Virus record (IMG/VR): IMGVR_UViG_3300035670_000030
Location: 32,001-96,000 of that record
Strand: one strand, 5' to 3'
Source of the DNA: a virus
DNA length: 64,000 bases
The notes beneath the pieces are model-generated. The model was not told where the DNA came from. It did no database searches and worked only from the letters and a program-made list of their open reading frames with translations. Each line of letters starts with the position of its first letter. Position 1 is the stretch's first letter. Made by a program: the position numbers and the translations under genes. Positions 45,844 through 54,253 of the stretch are shown here, one piece after another.

Positions 45844-47049
45844 ATGCATATATTAGAACAATACGCTTTAAATTGTGGTCTTAAAATTGGCAAACCATAT
45901 ATTCACGAGAAATATTTTCCATTGCCATTTGAAAAGTATATTACATTCAACCCATTTGGAAAATTTAATTCTAGAAAATATTCTTACTGGCAAGATGTTA
46001 TAGATTTAATATTTCCTATTTTATCTAAAGAAAATATTGGAATTGTTCAAATTGGTGGTCAAAATGAAATTGCCTATCAAAATTGTACTCCCTTAATGGG
46101 TCAAACAAATTTTAATCAAACAGCATATATTATTAATAATTCTTTACTTCATTTTGGTGTTGATAGTTTTCCTATACATATGGCATCTTATTTTGATAAA
46201 AAAATTGTAGCTTTATATTGTAATATGTACGCCCAACAATCTAAGCCTTATTGGTCAAGCCCTGAAAATATAAAATTAATACAGGCAGATCTTAATGGTA
46301 AAAAGCCGTCATATGCAGCAGAAGAAAATCCTAAAACAATTGATAATATTAAACCAGAAGAAATTGCTTCTTCAATCTTAAGTCTTCTTGGACTTGATAA
46401 AACAATTAATCAAAAAACAATTTTTATTGGAAATAAATACGGTGCTTTATTATTAGAAGCTATCCCGTCTGTAATCTTGCCTCCAAATTTATTTCCAAAT
46501 TTAATTTTAAATATTAGGTATGATTATATAAATGATATAAAAGAAGACGATTATATTTGTACTTTAAATAATTTAAATATAAGAAATTGTTCTATTATTA
46601 CAGATAAAGTTATAGATATTGAAAAATTAGTACAATTAAAAGATAAAATTACTAATTTGATTTACGATATTAGTTTTAATAATGTTAACACTACTTTTAT
46701 AAATAAAGTTAAGTCATTGGGAATCAAAATTGATTTAATTTTTCAAAAATCGGATGAAAATAATGAAACAATTTTAAACAATAAAAAGTTAGAACTTTTA
46801 GAGTATCAAGAACAAATTAATATTATAGAAAATAATTTAAATATTGATTTAATTAAAGATAGCAAATACTACAAAAGTAAAAAACTTTTATTTGCAAATA
46901 ATAATGTTTATCTAAGTAAAGCTGCTTATATAGAAAATAAACCTATAGAATTGACTGGCGATATAAATGTTTATCAAAAATTATCAGAAATTAACAATTT
47001 AAAATTACTTGTTAAAAATGACGCTGAATATTGTTTATTTTTTAAATAA
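45844..47049 (+). CDS. GT9 (heptosyltransferase-like) C-terminal domain plus unknown domain
   Basis: RKYSYWQDVI, VQIGG, LMGQTNFNQTAYII, FGVDSFPIHMAS..KKIVALY. Confidence 0.78.
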   Translation: MHILEQYALNCGLKIGKPYIHEKYFPLPFEKYITFNPFGKFNSRKYSYWQDVIDLIFPILSKENIGIVQIGGQNEIAYQNCTPLMGQTNFNQTAYIINNSLLHFGVDSFPIHMASYFDKKIVALYCNMYAQQSKPYWSSPENIKLIQADLNGKKPSYAAEENPKTIDNIKPEEIASSILSLLGLDKTINQKTIFIGNKYGALLLEAIPSVILPPNLFPNLILNIRYDYINDIKEDDYICTLNNLNIRNCSIITDKVIDIEKLVQLKDKITNLIYDISFNNVNTTFINKVKSLGIKIDLIFQKSDENNETILNNKKLELLEYQEQINIIENNLNIDLIKDSKYYKSKKLLFANNNVYLSKAAYIENKPIELTGDINVYQKLSEINNLKLLVKNDAEYCLFFK

Positions 47050-47087
47050 TGTTTGACATATAGATCAAATTTTGCAATACTATTTAA

Positions 47088-47846
47088 ATGTCAGATAAAA
47101 TTGTATATCGTTATAAAAATCAAGTCAGTAATTTTAAAAGAGACGTGAACGGTCTTTTAGAGTGCGTAGATTATATTTTTAATCCAGATAATACAATCAA
47201 CTGGAGAGCGATGATCAATAAAGAACATCTTGTTCCGAATCGTGATGCTTTTAAAAATCAAAAAGATATTAATTTAAAAGAAGTAGATGTATCTACATTA
47301 GCAGATAATCAATTGCTTATTCTTCTCGCTGGAATCAAAGAACTCGCCCAAATTAGAGGTTATAAAAATGTATCTTATGATGTCATTCAAGCACAGCCAG
47401 ATTATGTAGCAGTTAAATGTACAATTGATTGGCTTCCAAATTATGAAACAAATATGGAGCAAGTTTCATTTTCAGCCCTGGCTGATGCTCATTTAGATAA
47501 TACAAAAGATTTTGCTAAAAATTTCTTAATGGCCATAGCTGAAAACAGGGCTTTTATTCGTACCGTTCGTAGTTTTCTTAAAATTAATATTGTTGGTAAT
47601 GATGAAATGGGTAAAACAACACATGTTGATGTAGATTTAGAGCCTAATACTTCAATAACACAACCCGTAGCTCTTTTAGAAAAAACTATGGAAGAATATG
47701 CCATTTCTTTTGAACAGATCAAGGATAGAGCTATCCAGAAAAAAATGGAAGGTGCCGAAAATTGGTCTAGTATAAAAGATATATCTCCGTTATCGATGTT
47801 TACAATTATTAGCGGAATTAAAAATAAAAATAAAAAATCTATGTAA
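47088..47846 (+). CDS. putative Rad52/Sak-like ssDNA annealing protein
   Basis: LAGIKELA, VAVKCTI.W, ADA, IAENRAFIRTVR..L.I pattern. Confidence 0.45.
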   Translation: MSDKIVYRYKNQVSNFKRDVNGLLECVDYIFNPDNTINWRAMINKEHLVPNRDAFKNQKDINLKEVDVSTLADNQLLILLAGIKELAQIRGYKNVSYDVIQAQPDYVAVKCTIDWLPNYETNMEQVSFSALADAHLDNTKDFAKNFLMAIAENRAFIRTVRSFLKINIVGNDEMGKTTHVDVDLEPNTSITQPVALLEKTMEEYAISFEQIKDRAIQKKMEGAENWSSIKDISPLSMFTIISGIKNKNKKSM

Positions 47847-49680
47847 TTTTTGGTGGAAAGATATTATTTTTATCAAAATCATCTCTTTGCCACTCTAAGA
47901 GTTCAAAACTTGGCTGCTTAAGGTAACTAATTTTAAAAGTATTATTTATCTCTTTCTCAAAAGAGAGTTCTTTACAATCTTTATTGTCAAAGATAAATTC
48001 TTGTTCTTTTAGTCTAAATACTTCAATATCAAATGAATTATTAGATAATTTTATTTGACATTTAGTTTTTTCAAATTCTAATTCTTTTTCTTCTTCTGCA
48101 CAGTCACTAGTTTTATACTTTGGTGGATCAATCTGAATTGTATCACTAGTTGTTAAAATATAATTTATAGACATCGGATTAGTAGAACCTATTCTGTCAT
48201 AATTATCGTTTGTTGTTGCTAATATGCTTGCTGGACTCTCAGTATTTAGCATACTTACAATATCATCTTCTTCTAGTAATTTTAAAATATTCAACATTAA
48301 TTCAGCATTTTGACCAACTGTATAAGAAGAAGTTTGTGCGCTTGATGATGACGATGACGATGATGAACTACTTATATCTTCACATTCTGTATCTTCACAA
48401 TTTTTATCTTTATCTATAATAGATCCGTATAAATATATTTCATGGTAAAGCTCAAAAAAACACATATATATTTTTTTACTTCTGATATAAAATAAGTCAG
48501 AAATGTAAAAATCTAAATATTGGTAAGTAGAATCTACAATACTATTATTATTATTTATATTATATTTTGCAGATCCAAATTTAGTAAATTCTTTTTCAAA
48601 GTTTTTTTGTTTATCAACAATATCTGGTGTTAAAGGGGATACTCCGCCAAGGTCATAAGTATGTTTATTAATTACAGATAAAACATTATCAATATTTCCA
48701 AAAATATCTGAAAAAGGATTTTGCGATATAATGACAGGGTCATTTATAAATGTAGAGTTAAAATTAAATTTATTACTATTTTGAAAAATAGATTTAAATG
48801 CGTTTGAATCAAAAGCCCATTCATCTTTAAAGATCTTAGTATTTGAATTATAAAGTAATTCTTCTTTATTTTTATCTTCTTTAATATTAATAATGGTTTC
48901 ATAATTTACAGAGTCAGCGCCTAATCTTTTTTGAAGCTCTTGAAAATCAAAAATTTTTGTAGAATTAAAATTTATATTATGTTTAATTTTTTGATTATAT
49001 TCAATTGGTTTATACCATACTACTGTAGCTTCTATTCTAACATTTGCTCCTAATGTATCTACAGCTGTAAATGATAAGGTTGATAAAGGTGTTTTTGGAA
49101 TTAAGTTCTGATTAAATGCTGATGCAGCATTTCCATCTGTAATTTTTGTACCATTTAAATAGCCTATATCATCAGCCACACCAACTGCTTTAAAATATGT
49201 TGGACTACCATCTGGACTATTAAAAACTATAGGCCCAGCAGTATCTCCAGCTTCCGCTCCACCATCTTTAAAATCTCTTTTACATTCCGGACATTCTGGT
49301 GAAAAATTATTTCCTTTTGATTCTATTTCTATATCAGAATTAATTATAACACCTTTAATCATTTTATGAAATAGTCCTTTATATTTATAAAATTCTGTTT
49401 CTGGAATTATAAGATAATTTTTACAAAATTTATTTGGAAATTCTAATTTATCAAATAGTGTAGAACCATATTTATTTTTTTTATACCATTTAAAAACCTC
49501 TTCCTCAGTTTCAAATTCTTTCGGCTTTTCTACGCTTGAATCCGGATCTTTTTCTGCAAAAGACGCTCTAAAAAAATGAATTGGAACATCGCTTATACGC
49601 CTATCTATAGAAAATTCTGGACGATACCCAAAATTACTATAAATACCATGAAAAACATGTTTATTTATTTTTGTCGCCAT
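47839..49680 (-). CDS. putative virion protein with poly-Ser tract
   Basis: Last gene of the structural operon; S10 tract and a motif shared with 51323-54181. Confidence 0.65.
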   Translation of the reverse strand: MATKINKHVFHGIYSNFGYRPEFSIDRRISDVPIHFFRASFAEKDPDSSVEKPKEFETEEEVFKWYKKNKYGSTLFDKLEFPNKFCKNYLIIPETEFYKYKGLFHKMIKGVIINSDIEIESKGNNFSPECPECKRDFKDGGAEAGDTAGPIVFNSPDGSPTYFKAVGVADDIGYLNGTKITDGNAASAFNQNLIPKTPLSTLSFTAVDTLGANVRIEATVVWYKPIEYNQKIKHNINFNSTKIFDFQELQKRLGADSVNYETIINIKEDKNKEELLYNSNTKIFKDEWAFDSNAFKSIFQNSNKFNFNSTFINDPVIISQNPFSDIFGNIDNVLSVINKHTYDLGGVSPLTPDIVDKQKNFEKEFTKFGSAKYNINNNNSIVDSTYQYLDFYISDLFYIRSKKIYMCFFELYHEIYLYGSIIDKDKNCEDTECEDISSSSSSSSSSSAQTSSYTVGQNAELMLNILKLLEEDDIVSMLNTESPASILATTNDNYDRIGSTNPMSINYILTTSDTIQIDPPKYKTSDCAEEEKELEFEKTKCQIKLSNNSFDIEVFRLKEQEFIFDNKDCKELSFEKEINNTFKISYLKQPSFELLEWQRDDFDKNNIFPPKIT

Positions 49681-49684
49681 TTTA

Positions 49685-50260
49685 TTAAAAATTCAATCTG
49701 CCACCAGCAAATGGAACTGGATAAATAACTGGAACTCCGTCAAATACCATGTTACACATTAATAAATTCGTGTTAATATTTTGCATAATATAAGCAGTAT
49801 TCACAGCACTTTCATTTCCAGGAAGACCAGCAACAGCTTCATCATCTGAGACAAAAACACCAATAATAATTCTTGCTTCAATTTGTCTTAAATTATCACC
49901 TGATTCAAAAGTTACTGGTTGTAGCTCGTTAACTGTTTTATCATCTGAAACCCAAATAATTCTGGCCTCTTGGGCTTGTAAATTATTAACAGATACTTTT
50001 AAAACACAATAATAATTTTCACCAGGAAAAGAACTTGGAACTTCTTGAGGAAAATCTAATCCTTCAATGGGAATTTTTAACCATTGTAAATATTTACTAG
50101 TTATTCCCATTCCAGTAAAAAGACGAGAATGGTAATTAACTGCCAATGTATAAATAGGAGTTCCGTCTGAACGCGTGCCCTGTTTACCAATATCAATTTT
50201 AAACGGATGTGTTTGTCCAGCTGTAGGTCTAGTAATACCAATTTTATTATAATTCGACAT
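49685..50260 (-). CDS. putative tail/virion protein
   Basis: HPFKI motif; position in structural operon. Confidence 0.6.
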   Translation of the reverse strand: MSNYNKIGITRPTAGQTHPFKIDIGKQGTRSDGTPIYTLAVNYHSRLFTGMGITSKYLQWLKIPIEGLDFPQEVPSSFPGENYYCVLKVSVNNLQAQEARIIWVSDDKTVNELQPVTFESGDNLRQIEARIIIGVFVSDDEAVAGLPGNESAVNTAYIMQNINTNLLMCNMVFDGVPVIYPVPFAGGRLNF

Positions 50261-50264
50261 AAAC

Positions 50265-51320
50265 TTATCCTTCTAAAATATCTGTGAAAAATATATTATT
50301 TCCACTAATAATATATTGGAATTTATTTCCAAAAATATTATATGGATTTGGTTTATATATTTCAATATTTAAGCCAGTATAGATTGTAGATTGATTTAAT
50401 GGTATAATACCAGATCCTGAAAATTGACTAATACCAGTATTAAAAGATATTGGAACGCCAGAATAATTTTGTGGGTTTCTCGGATCTTTAAACCCTGTTA
50501 ATATTGTATAATTTCCACTAAAACTATCTTCCCAAAGAATACCTGATATATTTTTAAATAACTCTATAGGCTCTACTTGTTTAGTATAAAAACCAGAATT
50601 TTCAACAGTAATATTAAAAACGCCTGAAAAAGAACCAATCCAAGAATTAGCTCTTGGTCTATAACTTTCTCCGCCAGTAAAATATCTATTGTGAATTTTA
50701 ATTGACTCTAAATTACTAGAGTCTCTATAAATTCTAAGATCATTGCCATTTTCTCCTTCTCGTAAATAAGAAAATAAAAATAGTTTATTGTCTATTTGAT
50801 AACCAGTAACCCCAACAATTGTTTGTAATAAAGTATATCCTTGATCATTAAATCCTCCTGTTGCTCCAGAATTTAAATTATTTAATAAATTTAAAGGAGA
50901 ACTAAATTGACCTGGATTATCTGCTCCAGTATTATAATAAAATAAGAAATCAGCTATACTTATATAATCTCCATTTTGAAGTCCAGACCCCGTATTATCT
51001 ATAAATTCTATGATATTTTGAGCTGATTTAAAACCTGTAACATAATTAAGATAAACTCTTGTTTGTTGACCTGGATGAGTTAATTGTAAGTTTTGCCAAG
51101 TATATGAACCACTTCCATCTCCAATATAACCATTTAAAACACCAGTTGTAAAATAAATAACTGGCTGTAATCCAGTTGGATTTAAAATAGTTCCAGTAAA
51201 AATTTGATTATCAAAAGAAGTAATATAACCATGCCCACGATATGAATTGATTGTTGTATTTATACGGTTATCAATGGTATGATAAAAATCTACTTTTTTT
51301 ATCCTAATAATCTCAGACAT
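50265..51320 (-). CDS. putative virion protein, Thr-Gly/Ser-Gly rich
   Basis: Many TG/SG dipeptides; structural operon. Confidence 0.6.
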   Translation of the reverse strand: MSEIIRIKKVDFYHTIDNRINTTINSYRGHGYITSFDNQIFTGTILNPTGLQPVIYFTTGVLNGYIGDGSGSYTWQNLQLTHPGQQTRVYLNYVTGFKSAQNIIEFIDNTGSGLQNGDYISIADFLFYYNTGADNPGQFSSPLNLLNNLNSGATGGFNDQGYTLLQTIVGVTGYQIDNKLFLFSYLREGENGNDLRIYRDSSNLESIKIHNRYFTGGESYRPRANSWIGSFSGVFNITVENSGFYTKQVEPIELFKNISGILWEDSFSGNYTILTGFKDPRNPQNYSGVPISFNTGISQFSGSGIIPLNQSTIYTGLNIEIYKPNPYNIFGNKFQYIISGNNIFFTDILEG

Positions 51321-51322
51321 AA

Positions 51323-54181
51323 TTATTTATTAGTCAAGTTAATAATTTCGTCATCTTCTAAGAGTTTCAAAATATTTAACATCAATTCAGCGCTTTGCCC
51401 TACTGTGTAAGAAGAAAAAGATGAAGGTTCTTGAATTGACGAAGACGAAGATGAAGATGAGGACGATTGACAACATGGATCTAATTGGCATGGGCATGTT
51501 GGCGGATCTGATACTTTAACACACTGATAACAAATATCATTACCTCCAGGACAATTAACAATTTGAGTTTGTGCTTTAAGATATCCTTTTTCAATAAATT
51601 TATCTAGTCTAAATGGAATTGGAGTTTTCCAAGCATTGACATCTGTACATTGTTTTGGATCACATACGAATAATTCAGCAGCCGGAAAGCTCATTTCTTC
51701 TTCGCAATTAAATGCTTGTTGCTGCCAACTAAATTCAGCTGGGTCAGCATCATTTGCGCAATTATAATTCAAACAACATACATCTCTATTATCATTAATT
51801 TCAGTACAGTCTGCATTTTTTTCTACATATTGCCAACAAGGATTTTTAAAAACTACGTCTGGCAATCCTACTTCTTTTAAATTTTCACAGCAATCACAAA
51901 TCGGGCATTTGCTCTCATTTTCTTTATAATATCTTCCACAAGATAGTTCTCTAAATGATTGCCATTCGGCTTCCATTGTGTAAGGTTCGCTAGATATGTT
52001 AAGTGTATAATTATTAAATTCTGACTGCCCATCTTGACAACTACTCAACCTACTATTAATAGTACCATTTAATTTAGCAACTATAGATGGATTCAATGAG
52101 CTAGCACAAATTGTTCTAATAAAATCATCTGAAACCTCAATATCTGCAGTATTTTCAAGTAACCCCTGATTAATTCTACCACCTTGTCCTTGATAAGTTT
52201 TACCTAAAAATACAAATGACATTGTTAGACTTGTATGGTCACATTCAATAGGACTACTTTTTCCAAGTACAGAAATTTTAACCTTATCTGTACTACAATA
52301 AGGAACTGCACTTACTATTTCTACAGTTGGGGGCATTTCACAACAACTATACTCTGGTGATGGTGTTGGGGTTGGAGTAGGTGTTGGGGTTGGAGTGGGT
52401 GTTGGGGTTGGAGTAGGTGTTGGGGTTGGAGTAGGTGTTGGGGAAGGTGACGGCGATGGTCCTGTAGTACAATCTGCTTGAGTAGTGCTATTATCAATAA
52501 CAAAATCATTTTGAACAAGTTCTTCAACTTGAGCGATCTCATTGACAATATTAAAATTAACTTTTGAATCTACAAATAAAGCACAATCTGGAACTATGCT
52601 TGTGCAATAACATTGTCTAATTATAACAGATGAAGTGCCTAATTGCGTTGGAGTTCCTTCTATTAAATTACTTTTTACTGTCGATAACGTTAATCCATTT
52701 GGTAAAGATCCACTTATAACACTCCAACTATTTGGTAACAACCCAAAACTTCTCCACAAATTTTCTTCTAAATCAATTCCATGATCCACAAGACAGCCTG
52801 GGGTATTGATACTATTCACAATTAATAAATTAGATGGAGTCCATCTAGGAGTATTTATTAAAAGATTTAATGTCTGTTCATTAGATAATCTTGCTAATGT
52901 TTGTAAATTAGGTGAGCTTGAACTAGAGCTCTCACCACCTCCACCGACACATTCAAATATTAATCTACTATTATCTACAGAATACAAATTTCCGGTAGAA
53001 GTAGGAGAATTTGTTATATTAATATTGACAAAAGAATCTCTATATATTAAGCATGGTGGATACAATCCAGTACAGTAACATTGACGTATTAATACTTTTC
53101 TACTTTCAGATTGTGTTGGTGTCCCTGTTATAAGCCCAAATGCGCCAGTTGATAATGTTAAACCAGCAGGCAGGGAACCAGAAATTATATTCCAAGTATT
53201 TGGAACAAGACCAGTAGTTTGCCATAAATTATTATTAGGAGCTATAAAACTAAAAAATACGTTACCAACTTGACCAGGTTGTAATACTGAAGGTAACTCA
53301 TTTACCAACATTGGTTGATTTAAGACACCGCTTAAAGTTTGCTCATTTGTCAAAACAGAAACAAATGTTTTTAATGGGTCTATACTAGAACTCGAACTTG
53401 AGCTCGAACCCAAGCTCGAACTTGAACTCGAGCTACTTGAGCAAGTAGGACATATATCATTCAGGCCCCATTTATTATTTAAATATTCACATAATTGTAA
53501 ACGTTCTTGACAAGTCATAGTTTTATTAAAAACCATTAACTCACCTAAATCATAACTATAACCTTCTTGAAAAATTCCCGATAAACCAATAGTACCACCA
53601 GGTTTTTGAGCATTAATTCTTTCATCATTAAGATATTGGAAATTATTTAAATTTTTTATCTGATTTAATTTTTTAAATGTGTTACCATTTCGGCCAAAGT
53701 AGTTGCTTCCACTATAAATCCATTGGTCAACAATAAAATTTTCAGTACCCGTAAGACTTCCATAAGAATCAACAGCGAAACTAGGGCCTATAACCTTGTT
53801 ACCAGAAGTATACATTCCTATAAAAACATTTGTTCCAGATCCGTTATCAATTGGCGTGTATACTGCTGCTAATTTTGATACGCCAGAAATACCAGAACAT
53901 GGTAAAGAAAATGGTATTAATGGAATATCATTTAATAGTTGAACATTATCCCATTTATGCACAAAAACTATATGTAATGGAATATTTAAATCAATTACTG
54001 GAAATTCTTCGTTAATTAATTCGCCACTAGAATTAATTCTAATAAAATCTATACCATTTCCAGAATAATAGCCAAATGATTGCGTGACACCAGCCATACC
54101 AGTTACGCCAGTCATTTTGAATAAGAAATTATTCTCAGATTTATCTCTAATTCCTGAAATTGTACCAATAAAATTAACCAT
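51323..54181 (-). CDS. putative fibre/adhesin: LamG-like, two He_PIG-like Ig repeats, poly-Ser and Pro-Thr linkers, Cys-rich C-terminus
   Basis: LGELMVFN..ER..YLNNKWGL; duplicated W.(I/V)ISGSLP.GLTLST...GTPTQ; (PT)n; more than 30 Cys. Confidence 0.7.
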   Translation of the reverse strand: MVNFIGTISGIRDKSENNFLFKMTGVTGMAGVTQSFGYYSGNGIDFIRINSSGELINEEFPVIDLNIPLHIVFVHKWDNVQLLNDIPLIPFSLPCSGISGVSKLAAVYTPIDNGSGTNVFIGMYTSGNKVIGPSFAVDSYGSLTGTENFIVDQWIYSGSNYFGRNGNTFKKLNQIKNLNNFQYLNDERINAQKPGGTIGLSGIFQEGYSYDLGELMVFNKTMTCQERLQLCEYLNNKWGLNDICPTCSSSSSSSSSLGSSSSSSSSIDPLKTFVSVLTNEQTLSGVLNQPMLVNELPSVLQPGQVGNVFFSFIAPNNNLWQTTGLVPNTWNIISGSLPAGLTLSTGAFGLITGTPTQSESRKVLIRQCYCTGLYPPCLIYRDSFVNINITNSPTSTGNLYSVDNSRLIFECVGGGGESSSSSSPNLQTLARLSNEQTLNLLINTPRWTPSNLLIVNSINTPGCLVDHGIDLEENLWRSFGLLPNSWSVISGSLPNGLTLSTVKSNLIEGTPTQLGTSSVIIRQCYCTSIVPDCALFVDSKVNFNIVNEIAQVEELVQNDFVIDNSTTQADCTTGPSPSPSPTPTPTPTPTPTPTPTPTPTPTPTPTPSPEYSCCEMPPTVEIVSAVPYCSTDKVKISVLGKSSPIECDHTSLTMSFVFLGKTYQGQGGRINQGLLENTADIEVSDDFIRTICASSLNPSIVAKLNGTINSRLSSCQDGQSEFNNYTLNISSEPYTMEAEWQSFRELSCGRYYKENESKCPICDCCENLKEVGLPDVVFKNPCWQYVEKNADCTEINDNRDVCCLNYNCANDADPAEFSWQQQAFNCEEEMSFPAAELFVCDPKQCTDVNAWKTPIPFRLDKFIEKGYLKAQTQIVNCPGGNDICYQCVKVSDPPTCPCQLDPCCQSSSSSSSSSSIQEPSSFSSYTVGQSAELMLNILKLLEDDEIINLTNK
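52362..52442. repeat. 18-bp tandem repeat (about 4.5 copies) encoding Pro-Thr linker
   Basis: GGTGTTGGGGTTGGAGTR x4 plus a half unit. Confidence 0.9.
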
Positions 54182-54210
54182 TTTTACCTTTTTCCTTATA
54201 TATGTTACAC
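54182..54210 (-). promoter_or_regulatory. GTGTAA late promoter plus AAGGAAAAAGG leader element
   Basis: GTGTAACATATATAAGGAAAAAGGTAAAA then ATG. Confidence 0.55.
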
Positions 54211-54253
54211 TTAAAAAATATTATTATATAATTTTAAAATTAAATATTTAATT

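Noticed and set aside
52362-52442. CRISPR array
   Set aside because: Contiguous in-frame repeats with no spacers; encodes a Pro-Thr linker
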